A stretch of 64,000 bases of DNA from the NCBI GenBank assembly GCA_963845535.1, contig CAWJSK010000012.1, positions 704,001-768,000 of the forward strand, in the 5' to 3' direction. Position 1 is the stretch's first letter. Every line of letters begins with the position of its first letter. The stretch is from an uncultured Spirochaetota bacterium. GTDB taxonomy: Bacteria; Spirochaetota; Spirochaetia; SZUA-6; Fen-1364. A program made the position numbers and the translations under genes. This document shows positions 1 to 10,192 of the stretch, one piece after another. The notes under the pieces are model-generated. The model had not been told where the DNA came from, did no database searches, and saw only the letters and a program-made list of their open reading frames with translations.

Positions 1-985
1 CATAGACCACGTAGCTGTGACCCGTGACCCATCCCACGTCCGCGGAGCACCAGAAGATATCCTCGTCCCTGAGGTCGAACACGTTGCGCGTGGTGGTCTG
101 GACGCCCACGGCGTACCCGCCTGCCGTGTGGGCAATGCCTTTGGGTTTTCCCGTGGTGCCGGAAGTATAAAGGATGAAAAGAGTATCCTCGGCATCCATA
201 GGGACCGCGGGGCAATCAGCCTTCTGATGGTCCATGAGCCTGTGGTACCAATGGTCCCGCCCCTCGTGGATGTGAAGGAGGTGCGGCTCGCCGGGGAGGT
301 TCTTGACGATAATCACGTGCTGGACGGTTGGGCAGTTCTCCAGCGCACGGTCGGAGTTGTGCTTCAGGGGGACCACGCTGCCCCGGCGCCATCCTCCGTC
401 CGCCGTGATGAGGACCTTGGCCTTGGAGTCGTTGATCCTGTCGGCAAGAGCGTCCGGTGAGAACCCTCCGAATACAACGTTGTGGATTGCCCCAATTCGG
501 GCGCAGGCGAGCATCGCAACCGCGGTCTCCAGAAGGAGCGGCATGTAGATGGCCACGCGGTCTCCTTTTGTCACCCCGAGGTCCTTGAGGCAGTTGGCAA
601 ACTTGCAGACTTCACGATGGAGCTGCTGGTAGGTCAACGTCCGCGTGTCGCCGTTTTCCGCCTCCCAGATCAGCGCCGCCTTGTTCCTGCGCGGGCCCTG
701 CAGGTGGCGGTCCAGGCAGTTGTAGCTGAGGTTGAGCTGGCCGCCCACAAACCAGCGCGCGTGAGGCGGCTGCCAGTCCAGAACCTTGCTCCATGGCTTG
801 AACCAGTGAAGCAGCCTGGCCTCGTTTTCCCAGTACTTCTCGGGATCCTTCTCCGCCTGCGCGTAGACGCCGCGGTCCTTCACGAGGGCCTTCTCGGCAA
901 AGGAGGGCGGCGGCGGAAACTCTCTCTCCTCTCGAAGCAGATCGTCGAAAACAGAACGCTGCTCCTTGCGCATTTCCTGACCCAT
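1..985 (-). CDS. acs: Acetyl-CoA synthetase (3' end truncated by window edge)
   Basis: Reverse translation gives LFILYTSGTTGKPKGIAH...FWCSADVGWVTGHSYVVY; AGGAGG RBS before ATG at 985; absent from the ORF track because the stop lies outside the window. Confidence 0.93.
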   Translation of the reverse strand, partial: MGQEMRKEQRSVFDDLLREEREFPPPPSFAEKALVKDRGVYAQAEKDPEKYWENEARLLHWFKPWSKVLDWQPPHARWFVGGQLNLSYNCLDRHLQGPRRNKAALIWEAENGDTRTLTYQQLHREVCKFANCLKDLGVTKGDRVAIYMPLLLETAVAMLACARIGAIHNVVFGGFSPDALADRINDSKAKVLITADGGWRRGSVVPLKHNSDRALENCPTVQHVIIVKNLPGEPHLLHIHEGRDHWYHRLMDHQKADCPAVPMDAEDTLFILYTSGTTGKPKGIAHTAGGYAVGVQTTTRNVFDLRDEDIFWCSADVGWVTGHSYVVY

Positions 986-1032
986 GCCGTCACCCTCCTG
1001 TGCGCGGGCTCAAGGCCCGCCTTGCCGTCGAG

Positions 1033-1788
1033 CTACTTCATCCCCGGCGTGAACTTCTGGGGATCTACCATGTACCACACCTTGGCGACGCCCTGCCCCG
1101 TCGTTTCTCCACGCTTCGTGTCGCGGATGAAGTAATACAGCGGGTATCCTTTGAAAGTGATCTGCTTTGTGCCGTCGTCCCGCGTGATCGTCCCAAAATC
1201 AGATGCGCTCAACGCCGACGGAACCACGAAGGAATCCGCGCTGAAAGCCGGCCAGTTCTTGATGCAGTTGCCAGTGCACGCGCTCATCCCGCTCGAGTCC
1301 TTCGTAAAATAGTAGAGAGTCTTCCCGTCCCCGTCGGTGAGATAGTTGCCCATCTTCCCGGTGCCGACCATGACCGTATAGGGCGGGACTTTGAGGACGT
1401 ACCAGACTCCATGGACCCCCTCGCCGGTCATGTCCCCGGGCTTCTTGTCCTGGACCCAGTAGTACAGCGGCCACCCCTTGTACGTGGTCTGCATCGAGCC
1501 GTCCGTGCGGGCAACGGTGCTGAAGTCAGCCGCATTCAGGTCCGAGGACACTGTAAGGTCTCTCGCGTAGAAGACGGGCCACGCCTTTTCGCAAGGACCG
1601 TAACAGGCGCTTTTCCCGTCCGTGTCCATGGTGAAGTAGTACAAGGTCATGCCCTTGGAATCCGTCAGATGCTTCGTCCCGTCGCTTGCAGCCTGGACCT
1701 GGACGGCGGACATGTCCTGCGCCGAAACAAAGCCTGCGGCTGCAAGAAGCAAGAGAAGAACGAAAAGCCTTTGAACGATTCTGCTCAT
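1033..1788 (-). CDS. Secreted repeat protein, COG4315/Lipoprotein_15-like, two tandem units
   Basis: Signal peptide; repeated LTDxxGxTLYYFTxD...CxGxCxxxWP and YKGxPLYY...D motifs. Confidence 0.8.
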   Translation of the reverse strand: MSRIVQRLFVLLLLLAAAGFVSAQDMSAVQVQAASDGTKHLTDSKGMTLYYFTMDTDGKSACYGPCEKAWPVFYARDLTVSSDLNAADFSTVARTDGSMQTTYKGWPLYYWVQDKKPGDMTGEGVHGVWYVLKVPPYTVMVGTGKMGNYLTDGDGKTLYYFTKDSSGMSACTGNCIKNWPAFSADSFVVPSALSASDFGTITRDDGTKQITFKGYPLYYFIRDTKRGETTGQGVAKVWYMVDPQKFTPGMK

Positions 1789-1957
1789 CCTGCGCACCTC
1801 TCCTTTTTTGCGCGCCCTTTGTCAACGCGCGTGACAACGCACGTGCGTCTCCCGGCGTGATCACGCGGCGGCAACGCGCTGGCAACCACCCCTTTGCGGC
1901 GTCGCAATCTTCCGGGGCAAATTTAATTATCGCCAGCGTAATAGTCTACAAAAACGG

Positions 1958-2455
1958 TCAGGAATTAGGGGCAAAGTTGTCCACGGCGCCGAACAATCGG
2001 CTGTCGAGGGACAGCCGGCGGGAAGGAAAGGCGAGCATTGCGAAAGTCGGGATCCCCAAGGCCAGGTCACGAAGAAGGGTCCAGGGCCCCACCGGTGAGT
2101 TGGAAAGAGCGCCGAAGCATCCGCAATCGAGAGTCAAGCCACGAATAAGGGCCTGGATCTGAGCGGCCAGGAACACTGCAAAGAGAATTGTCCCGGCAAG
2201 CGCGGAGGCCCTGACAAAAAGGCCGGCGCCGAGGTACAGCCCGAGGAAAATCTCGAAGAACGGCAACATGTGCGCAAGCGGGGCGACCAGGATGGGGGGA
2301 AGCAATTCGTAACGGTCTACCTGCGCCGAAAACAGGACAAGGTCAGGCAGCTTTGAAGCGCCTGCAATGATCCAGATCACCGCGGCGGCCAATCGGAGTC
2401 CGAAGCCTATCCATGAGACGAGCGCGCGGGGGCCGCTGTCAGGAGCCTGCCGCAT
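1958..2455 (-). CDS. MauE/DoxX family membrane redox protein
   Basis: Several TM segments, AGASKL, LPFFEI, DCGCFG motif. Confidence 0.85.
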   Translation of the reverse strand: MRQAPDSGPRALVSWIGFGLRLAAAVIWIIAGASKLPDLVLFSAQVDRYELLPPILVAPLAHMLPFFEIFLGLYLGAGLFVRASALAGTILFAVFLAAQIQALIRGLTLDCGCFGALSNSPVGPWTLLRDLALGIPTFAMLAFPSRRLSLDSRLFGAVDNFAPNS

Positions 2456-3191
2456 CCTTCAGCTTCTCAAGGACAAGAGCGTCAGGTTGTTCATGATCCG
2501 CCCGCCACGAGATGCGGCCTTTCGGATTGATCACGTAGAAAGTCGGGAAGACAGCAATGCGATACTGAAGAGTAACGGGTCCGGTAGAGCCCTGGTGATA
2601 GTAACTGCCAGGCGTGCTGCCCGGGTCCATGAGCGCGGGGGTCGCCATCCCGTAGTAGGTGTCGAAGGCCAGCAGGCTGGCAGCGTCTTCGCTGTCCGCT
2701 ACCACCTGCAGCATGGTGAAGCTCGATGCCGGAAGCGTTGCCATGAGGCTTTTCAGATGCGGGGCTTCCGCCTGGCAGTGAGGGCACCAGGTGGCATAGA
2801 ACTCCAGCAGCACGGTCTTCCCCCGGAAGTCAGAGAGCCTGACTTTTTGACCAGCGGCGGACTCGAGGTTGAAGTCCGGGGCGGTGCTTCCAACCGCCAG
2901 AAGACTCGGGTTGTCCCCGTCATGGACGGCGTTAGCCGGCAATCCTTCCACCTTGCCGGTGTCGATCTCCCGCGTGGGCTGGAAATCGATTGCGCCTTCC
3001 GCGGGAACGGCTTGTGCCGCAGCCTGTGCCTGGGATGCGGCAACTGCCTGCGAAGAACCGTTCGCGACGCTGATGGCTATTCCGACCCCTGCAATAACCA
3101 CGGCAAGCGCAACCGTGCCGATAATTGCGATGCGCAGGGTCCTGGACCTGCCGTTCTGTTTGACGCCCGTAGGCTCGACTCTTTGACTCAT
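2439..3191 (-). CDS. TlpA-like membrane-anchored thiol:disulfide oxidoreductase
   Basis: N-terminal TM; APDFNL...LSDFRGK...FYATWCPHC; start set at MSQRVEP. Confidence 0.85.
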   Translation of the reverse strand: MSQRVEPTGVKQNGRSRTLRIAIIGTVALAVVIAGVGIAISVANGSSQAVAASQAQAAAQAVPAEGAIDFQPTREIDTGKVEGLPANAVHDGDNPSLLAVGSTAPDFNLESAAGQKVRLSDFRGKTVLLEFYATWCPHCQAEAPHLKSLMATLPASSFTMLQVVADSEDAASLLAFDTYYGMATPALMDPGSTPGSYYHQGSTGPVTLQYRIAVFPTFYVINPKGRISWRADHEQPDALVLEKLKDAAGS

Positions 3192-3294
3192 GCCGCTGCC
3201 CTGATTGTGTTCAAAATAGCCATTCCCTGCCCCAGCGGCAAACCGAAGCAGACTGGCGCGGATGGGCTGACAGGACGGCCCAGAAAAATCCTTG

Positions 3295-3325
3295 TTGACT
3301 CTCCCCTTACGGGAGGGCCCACGGT
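3295..3325 (+). promoter_or_regulatory. MerR/BmrR-type promoter: TTGACT - 19 bp spacer with dyad - CACGGT
   Basis: TTGACT(3295-3300) CTCCCCTTACGGGAGGGCC CACGGT(3320-3325); CTCCC/GGGAG inverted repeat in the spacer; MerR gene in the same operon. Confidence 0.8.
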
Positions 3326-3353
3326 CAGTGCATCTCACAATCGGGAGGTGCAT

Positions 3354-4409
3354 ATGAAGCGTCTTGGTCCCATCTGCGGCATCATAGCCGCGGCGGCGGT
3401 GCCGGCCATGCTCGCAGGCTGCGGCCCGAAAGGGTACGCGCCGGGCGCCCTGGAAAGCGATGCCGCGCGTGGAGTCATTTCCCTGGAAGCGGCAAAACCT
3501 CAGGGGTCCTTCTGGGAGGTGGAGCCCGGCATCAGGCTGTACTATTTCGAACGGGGAAAAGGCAAGCCCGTGCTCGTCCTGCACGGCGGTCCTGGCATCC
3601 CTTCGAATGACCCATGGCCGGGGCTCGTTCCGCTGGAGTCGAAAAACTCGTTCTTCTATTATCATGAGCGTGGATGCGGGAAATCCATGCGGCCAATTGA
3701 TCGATTCACGTCGAAGAGCTTCCCGCAGAACGTGGGTGCGCTGATCCATGCGCTCGGGATCGAGGCGCAGTTGGCGGACATCGAGCGGATCCGAAAGTCC
3801 CTTGGCCTGGACCGCCTCACCCTTGTCGGCCATTCATTCGGCGGGTTCGTTGCGGCGCTGTATGCGGCGGAGTTTCCGGACCGCGTTGAGAAGCTTGTGC
3901 TGGTGGCGCCGGCGGACCTCTTGCGTTTTCCTCCGCCTGACGGCGGCTTGTATGATCGCGTGAAGCGACTCCTGCCGGGGGCAAGCAAGCCGGCGTACCA
4001 GGCATGGCTTGGACGGTTCTTCGATTTCGGCTCGATATTCAGCAATAGTGAAGCGGACCTCGCGGTCCTGAATGCCGGCTTCTTCCCGTTCTGGTCCCAG
4101 GCGCAAGAAGCGCTGCAACCGACGCGGTGCGCAAACGCGGACACCGACCCGGCGCTCGTTGGGGGATGGGTCGAGCAGGCAGTGTTCTTTTCCCTGGGAC
4201 AGAAATACGACCACCGAACGGCGCTCCGACGAGTGAAAGCCCCTGTCCTCGTCCTCTCGGGAGACAGGGACCCGGCCGGCGCCGCCACAGTCCAGGACTA
4301 CCAGTCTTTCCCGAATGTCCGGTTCGAAACCCTTTCCGGCGCTGGACACTTCCTTCAGCAGGACACCACGGATTTCCCCAGGATTGTTGGCGACTTTCTG
4401 GGCGGTTAG
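3354..4409 (+). CDS. Alpha/beta hydrolase (proline iminopeptidase-like), probable lipoprotein
   Basis: Lipobox LAGC; VLHGGPG, GHSFGG, GDRD, AGHF motifs; GGAGG RBS. Confidence 0.88.
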   Translation: MKRLGPICGIIAAAAVPAMLAGCGPKGYAPGALESDAARGVISLEAAKPQGSFWEVEPGIRLYYFERGKGKPVLVLHGGPGIPSNDPWPGLVPLESKNSFFYYHERGCGKSMRPIDRFTSKSFPQNVGALIHALGIEAQLADIERIRKSLGLDRLTLVGHSFGGFVAALYAAEFPDRVEKLVLVAPADLLRFPPPDGGLYDRVKRLLPGASKPAYQAWLGRFFDFGSIFSNSEADLAVLNAGFFPFWSQAQEALQPTRCANADTDPALVGGWVEQAVFFSLGQKYDHRTALRRVKAPVLVLSGDRDPAGAATVQDYQSFPNVRFETLSGAGHFLQQDTTDFPRIVGDFLGG

Positions 4410-4418
4410 AATGCGCGC

Positions 4419-5225
4419 ATGGAATACACAATCGGTGAGCTCTCCCAGGCGTCGCGGCTGACGGTCAAAGCCCTGAGGTTCTACCATGAGCAGGGTCTCC
4501 TTGAGCCAGCCCGCGTGGATGGGGAAACCGGGTACCGCTACTACGATGACGGAAGTCTCTTCCGAGCGCAGGCCATCACGTGGCTTCGCGGCCTGGACTT
4601 CACGATTTCGGAAATCAAGGAGCTTCTTGCCAGCCCGGCCCAGGAGGACGGGGACCGGGCGGGGTTCCTTGCGCGCAAGGCAGAGGAGATCTCCCGCAAG
4701 GCCGAGCATTATCGAAAGGTCAAAAAGGAGATCGGCCTTTTCCTTGCTCATGAAAAGGAGATACAGATGCTGCAGGTGAAAGATACCGTTGAAGAAAAGA
4801 TGCTGGACGATGTTCTTATCGCGGGGCTGCGCTTTCGAGGAAAGTACGAAGACGTGGGCAAGCGCATGGCCGAGCTTGCAAGAAAGGTTGGACGCGTGAT
4901 TTCCGGCGGCGCCTTCTCACTGTACTGTGACGCAGAGTTCAAGGAGGAGGACGCCGACATCGAGGTAGCTTTCCCCGTGAAAAAGCCGGTCCGCGCGGAG
5001 AAGGTCGACTGCCGGATCCTCACGGGAGGACGCGCGGTGACCGTGATCCATCGGGGGCCTTACTCGGAGATCGGCCGATCGTACAAACGCGTGTTCAACT
5101 ATCTTGGTGAGAAAGGGCTCTCACCCGCCGCTCCCTCCCGCGAGGTGTACCTGAAGGGACCCGGCATGCTCTTTGCGGGGAACCCGAAGAAATACCTCAC
5201 TGAGCTGCGTGTCCTGGTGAAGTAG
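4419..5225 (+). CDS. MerR family regulator with GyrI-like ligand-binding domain (BmrR-like)
   Basis: YTIGELS...ALRFYH...TGYRYY HTH; C-terminal HRGPY...REVY. Confidence 0.92.
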   Translation: MEYTIGELSQASRLTVKALRFYHEQGLLEPARVDGETGYRYYDDGSLFRAQAITWLRGLDFTISEIKELLASPAQEDGDRAGFLARKAEEISRKAEHYRKVKKEIGLFLAHEKEIQMLQVKDTVEEKMLDDVLIAGLRFRGKYEDVGKRMAELARKVGRVISGGAFSLYCDAEFKEEDADIEVAFPVKKPVRAEKVDCRILTGGRAVTVIHRGPYSEIGRSYKRVFNYLGEKGLSPAAPSREVYLKGPGMLFAGNPKKYLTELRVLVK

Positions 5226-5372
5226 GCGGCCCGCCTTCCCCTACACCGTGGCTGCCGCTTGCGGCTCATGGTACGATTTTGCATTCGTGGCGCCCTGAGC
5301 CGCCGCCGCCCGAACAAAGTTGCGGCACGCGTCGAAAATCGTTAGGATGTCTGTAAACGATGTGGAGGCAGC

Positions 5373-6356
5373 ATGAATTATAGACTCCTGGGAAAAACTG
5401 GCATGAAAGTCTCCGAAGTCAGCTTCGGGACATGGGCAATCGGCTCGGCCTGGGGAAAGGTGGATGACAAAGAGTCCATGGCAGCGCTCAACAAGGCCGT
5501 GGACCTCGGCGTGAACTTCTTCGACACGGCTGACGTGTACGGTGACGGTCACAGCGAAAGACTTCTCAGTCAGCTCCTGAAAGACCGTTCTGAGAAGATC
5601 TACGTGGCCACCAAGGCCGGCCGCAGGCTGCAGCCGCACACGGCGGAGAAATACACGCCGCTCGCCATACGGAGGTTCGTGGAAGACAGCCTGAAACGGC
5701 TCCGCGTGGATGCCCTTGACCTCCTTCAGCTCCACTGCCCCCCTCGGGAGATCTACTACATGCCGGAGCTCTTCGCGAGCCTGGATGACCTGGCAAAGGC
5801 CGGCAAGCTCAAGAACTACGGGGTAAGCGTTGAAAAAGTGGAGGAAGCCCTCAAGGCCATCGAGTACCCGGGCGTCAAGACAGTGCAGATCATCTTCAAC
5901 ATGTTTCGACAAAGGCCCGCGGAGCTTTTCTTCCGGGAAGCGCGGGTGCGATGGATCGGGGTCCTGGCCCGTGTTCCGCTGGCAAGCGGGCTCCTGACCG
6001 GGAAGATGACGCGGACCACGAGGTTCCAGGCTGACGACCATCGCAACTTCAACAGGAAGGGCCAGGCGTTCGACCGCGGGGAGACATTCTCAGGGGTGGA
6101 CTACGTAAAGGGCCTCCAGGCGGTAGAGGAGTTGAAAAAGATCCTCCCTCGCGGCATGGCTTTGAGCCAGTTCGCGCTTCGCTGGATCCTCATGCATGAC
6201 GCCGTCACCTGCGTCATCCCGGGAGCAAAGACGCCGACGCAGGTGGAAGAGAACGCAAAAGCCGCCACCCTGCCGCGCCTGCCCCGAGGCGTCATGCGCC
6301 AGGTGGAGGAAATCTACAGCAAATACATTCGAGAGGACGTGCACGCCCGGTGGTAG
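5373..6356 (+). CDS. Aldo/keto reductase
   Basis: LGKTGMKVSEVSFGTW, FFDTADVYG, DLLQLH, IPGAKT. Confidence 0.93.
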   Translation: MNYRLLGKTGMKVSEVSFGTWAIGSAWGKVDDKESMAALNKAVDLGVNFFDTADVYGDGHSERLLSQLLKDRSEKIYVATKAGRRLQPHTAEKYTPLAIRRFVEDSLKRLRVDALDLLQLHCPPREIYYMPELFASLDDLAKAGKLKNYGVSVEKVEEALKAIEYPGVKTVQIIFNMFRQRPAELFFREARVRWIGVLARVPLASGLLTGKMTRTTRFQADDHRNFNRKGQAFDRGETFSGVDYVKGLQAVEELKKILPRGMALSQFALRWILMHDAVTCVIPGAKTPTQVEENAKAATLPRLPRGVMRQVEEIYSKYIREDVHARW

Positions 6357-6357
6357 A

Positions 6358-6834
6358 ATGAATAACATGAGAACAGGCCGCGTGCACAAACTGGCGTTCG
6401 CCGTCGTGGCGGCGCTCCTGGTTTCCTCATGCGCCAGCTTTCAGCGTGGGTGGGACCAGCACCATGTAGATATGGTTGCAGGCCTCATCAACGGAGGCCA
6501 GGGAGACAAGCTCGCGGCCATGAGCGCCACACCGTTCCTTGTGGACGGGGAGATCGTGGCCATGAAGCCGGATGTTGCCGCGTTCTGGAACGGCATCGTG
6601 AAGGCAGGCTTCAAGGTTGAGGGGGCCACGCTGACGGAAGGGAGCCCCATAACGGATGCGAGCTACAAGCAGTTCGCGGACACCATGGAGGTGAAATCCT
6701 TCTTCGCGCAATACGTGAAGAAAGACGCGAGGATCCTGGAGCTGCGCACGGCAACCTCGGGGGACCGCATCCTCCTGATCTTCAGGGACAACTGGAACAC
6801 AAACACGATCTACGGGTTCAAGGGGCCGTTCTGA
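6358..6834 (+). CDS. Hypothetical lipoprotein
   Basis: Signal with LVSSC lipobox; host-like codon usage; abuts both neighbours. Confidence 0.7.
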   Translation: MNNMRTGRVHKLAFAVVAALLVSSCASFQRGWDQHHVDMVAGLINGGQGDKLAAMSATPFLVDGEIVAMKPDVAAFWNGIVKAGFKVEGATLTEGSPITDASYKQFADTMEVKSFFAQYVKKDARILELRTATSGDRILLIFRDNWNTNTIYGFKGPF

Positions 6835-6836
6835 AC

Positions 6837-7859
6837 ATGAAGCAGACTATCCTGGTTGCTGGGTTGATCCTGGCGATTGCCGCCGCGGCACACGCAGCGC
6901 CCACGGACGTCACCTACACCGAAGGGGACGCCACCACGCGTTACCACAGCGGTGTGCAGCAGGACACTTCGGTGGGGGACGTGCTCAACACAGGAGACTC
7001 CGTAAAGACGGGGGATGACGGCCTGGTAGAGATGGACCAGAAAGGCGTGACCATCAAGGTCAGCCACGGCACTGTCTTCACGCTCATGGAAACGGCGCAG
7101 GGAAACCAGAACGCCCCTGTGCTCTCCGTTGCCCTGGGCTCCATCAAGTTCCGTTACGACAAGCTCACGGGGCAGGAACCCCTGGTCCGTACAAATGGGG
7201 CAGTCCTCGGCGTACGCGGCACGGAGTTCACCGTGTTCGCGGGAGCTGACGGCTCAACCCTGATCGCCGTGGACTCGGGCCAGGTAACAGTCCAGGCGGA
7301 AGGCCAGTCCGTGGAGCTTGCTTCCGCTGAAGGCGTGGAAGTGCCGCTGGGCAAGCCGCCAGGGGATAAGTTTGCGGTTCTAAAGCGACAGATCGACTAC
7401 CGCAAGTGGAACGATGACAAACTGAATACCATGCTCGCGGACCCGATTGCCGCAATGCAAAGCATTCGAGCAGGCGATGGACGGGTTACATTAAAAATGA
7501 TGATGACTATGCAACCTTTTCAACGACGTATAGTGCGAGGCTGAAAAAAGAGAGAAACAATATGGTGGAGAATCACACAAGGAGAAAGGGGGCAGACGAA
7601 GGCAGAAAGTACGAGGAAGAAAATGTAACTCCTTTGGCGGACAAATCGTTTATTCTTGGAGTGAACTTGCGCTTCTCAGCGCTTGCTGCCCTTTCGCTGC
7701 GTCGGTTCGTTGGTGGGCGGCTGTATGTCTTCCTGAAAGCGCACTACATTACTCATCCGAACGACGGAGTGTACCAAGAGTTCCTGAAACAGTTTGAGGC
7801 CTTCCTGGACGAATTTCGAGGGGTCGATTGTCCCTTATCTGGTCAAGGCTGATATATGA
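6837..7859 (+). CDS. FecR-domain secreted protein, interrupted by several apparent indels
   Basis: GDSVKTG and AVLGVRGTEF FecR motifs; reading continues across frames 7470-7810 to ...IVPYLVKADI* at 7859. Confidence 0.7.
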
Positions 7860-7883
7860 GCTTTACAATACGGAGGAACGTCT

Positions 7884-8393
7884 ATGAAAACCAGGCGCAT
7901 ATCGGCAGTTCTGGCAGCTGCAGTACTCCTGGCCTTGGCGCTCGCAAGCTGCAATCTGAACCCCGTGGTTTCCATCGATCAGCGTGTTTCTAATTTTGCT
8001 TCAGATTTGAATAGTAATAGAAGCAACGCTTACCAGGATTTCCATCCAGACCAGACCACGATGTACCAGACTCTGGCTAATTCCACCTTTACATTCGACA
8101 GCTATTTTCCCGCCGGCTCTCCTTCGTATGCATTTCAAATCACAGACGAATCCTCGCCTTCGACCGGCGTTTTCGTAACTATCGTAGGCGCGCCCAGTGG
8201 TTATGGAAGTAATATTTATCTGAAGCTCATAATGGCCACGTACAAGGACACAGACTGGCGAATCGTGCAGTTGTCTAGATCGGCCATCAGCCGGGAGTTT
8301 CGGCTCGGCAATAATCTACTGACAGCATTGCTGGAGCAGTTTCACAGCAGTGAGAATATAGAGATCATTTTCGAACGTGGAGAGGGTCCATGA
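7884..8393 (+). CDS. Hypothetical lipoprotein (true end may be ~8322 if one indel is corrected)
   Basis: GGAGG RBS, LASC lipobox, AT-richer codons. Confidence 0.65.
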   Translation: MKTRRISAVLAAAVLLALALASCNLNPVVSIDQRVSNFASDLNSNRSNAYQDFHPDQTTMYQTLANSTFTFDSYFPAGSPSYAFQITDESSPSTGVFVTIVGAPSGYGSNIYLKLIMATYKDTDWRIVQLSRSAISREFRLGNNLLTALLEQFHSSENIEIIFERGEGP

Positions 8394-8980
8394 AAAAAAC
8401 CGGCTTGCTGATCGAAAAGAATGCACTGGTAGCTATCGCGGTCCTCGCCATTCTCGGATGCGGCTCGCCCTCCATCACCGCGCCGTCCGTCAGTGACGCC
8501 AAGAACGCAAGGGACGCCGCGCTGCAGGTCGTAAACGCCGCCCAGTCTAACGTGAGCTCCCTTCCGTTCAATGCGAGCGGGCCTTCCACTTTCACTTCGA
8601 GTATTCTGGACAGTACCAAAGCCGGCTCCCTTTTTGCAACATCCAAGTTCAGTGCAAACCCACTCCAAGGCCCTTACACGGACGAAGTATCAGTAACTCT
8701 GGCGAACTGGCACGATCAGACTTCGGGCTACATATTTGTTGGGACCGTATCAGCCACATTCGTCAGCTCCGTAGCGGTTCATGATGTGACAACCTTCCCT
8801 CAGACAATTTCTGACTCGATTGACGCCAACCTCACGCTCTATGGAGGAAACATCTCGACCCTGAGATGCAACTATTCGGAGACCGTCAGTGTCTTTCTCG
8901 TGGCGCCATTCTTTTCCGATGTCATCACGGGGACGGTAACTGCCAACGGATATTCATTCGACGTGAACACGCTGCAATAG
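8390..8980 (+). CDS. Hypothetical Ser/Thr-rich lipoprotein
   Basis: ILGC lipobox; beta-rich composition. Confidence 0.65.
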   Translation: MKKTGLLIEKNALVAIAVLAILGCGSPSITAPSVSDAKNARDAALQVVNAAQSNVSSLPFNASGPSTFTSSILDSTKAGSLFATSKFSANPLQGPYTDEVSVTLANWHDQTSGYIFVGTVSATFVSSVAVHDVTTFPQTISDSIDANLTLYGGNISTLRCNYSETVSVFLVAPFFSDVITGTVTANGYSFDVNTLQ

Positions 8981-8999
8981 TCACGCCCCCTCTCTGCCC

Positions 9000-10157
9000 C
9001 TACAGCGGCTTGGTTCCTTCGCCCATGGTATCAAGAAGCTCTCCGTAAGCGAACACCCGGTCCCGCCGCTTCCCCGTTATTTCTCTGACAATGCCCGCCT
9101 CTGCCAGAGCGGAGAAGACTTTGCGCACCGTATTGGGCACGAGTCCCGTCACTTTGCTCATGCGGGCAATGGTTGTCAGCGGATGAGCCAGCAGCTCCTG
9201 GTGTACGAGCGTGGCGCTCCCAGCAATCCTGCCGAGCTCCATTATCCTTGCGCGATCCACGCGCGCAAGTCGGTTGGTCTTCTCTGCGGTGGCGGTACAC
9301 TGATCTGCGGTTTCCTTGACTGCTCTCGCAAAGAACTCAAGCCATGCTTCCCAGTTGCCCTCAACGCGAACCGCCTGCAGCAGGTCGTAATACGTTTGGC
9401 GATGGTTCTTGAAGTACAGGCTGAGGAACAGGATCGGATCATGCAGGATCTGATCCGAGCAAAGTACGAGAGAAATGAGAAGCCGTCCGAGCCTGCCATT
9501 GCCATCCAGAAAAGGATGGATGGTCTCGAACTGCACGTGGGCAAGTGCCGCCTTGATGAGCGAAGGCGTCTTTGCCGGCTTGTCATGGAGGAACAGCTCC
9601 AGGTCGGCCATGCAGGGCTCGATGTGATCCACGGGCGGAGGGACGAATACCGCAAGGGCAGGCCTCGCTCCGCCGATCCAGTTCTGACTTCGTCGGAAGT
9701 TGCCGGGGTCCTTGCCGCTTCCCCGCCCGTCGGACAGGAGCACTCCATGGACTTCGCGCAGGAGGCGATTGGAAAGGGGGAAGCCGGAGCGCATCCGCAG
9801 GATGCCGTGTTCCAGTGCGGCCACGTAGTGCGAGACTTCGGCCACGTCGACAAGCGGGACGCCGGGTGCCTCCTCGATCTCAAAGAGGAGGAGGTCTGAG
9901 AGGGATGATTGGGTGCCCTCTATCTGTGAGGAAAGCACTGCTTCTTTCCGGACGTAAAGGTAGAGGAGCAGGTTGCTGTCAGGAAGAAAGACAGAAGATG
10001 CGGAAAGCCTGCCCAGCGAAAGAAGCGCCTGGTCGAGCTTTTCCCGCAGGTCGGCGTCGATGGTGAGCTCAGGCGGCAGAGGATTGGGCACAAATGCCCT
10101 GACTGTCTCTTCGCCCGTTGAGGACTCTATGTAGCGACCTGTGGGGGAGTGCTTCAT
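9000..10157 (-). CDS. Fic family protein (class II) with C-terminal HTH
   Basis: HPFLDGNGRLGR catalytic motif; N-terminal SSQIEG inhibitory motif; C-terminal EITGKRRDRVF winged HTH. Confidence 0.92.
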   Translation of the reverse strand: MKHSPTGRYIESSTGEETVRAFVPNPLPPELTIDADLREKLDQALLSLGRLSASSVFLPDSNLLLYLYVRKEAVLSSQIEGTQSSLSDLLLFEIEEAPGVPLVDVAEVSHYVAALEHGILRMRSGFPLSNRLLREVHGVLLSDGRGSGKDPGNFRRSQNWIGGARPALAVFVPPPVDHIEPCMADLELFLHDKPAKTPSLIKAALAHVQFETIHPFLDGNGRLGRLLISLVLCSDQILHDPILFLSLYFKNHRQTYYDLLQAVRVEGNWEAWLEFFARAVKETADQCTATAEKTNRLARVDRARIMELGRIAGSATLVHQELLAHPLTTIARMSKVTGLVPNTVRKVFSALAEAGIVREITGKRRDRVFAYGELLDTMGEGTKPL

Positions 10158-10192
10158 CTCGCTTATCTCATTTATTGCATTAGCTTCCACAG

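Noticed and set aside
2367..3353. N-terminal half of the 680-aa plus-strand ORF, and similar long antisense ORFs (e.g. 15796-17265, 57433-59196)
   Set aside because: Shadow ORFs of real opposite-strand genes in GC-rich DNA; they carry no motifs, and better RBS-backed starts exist.
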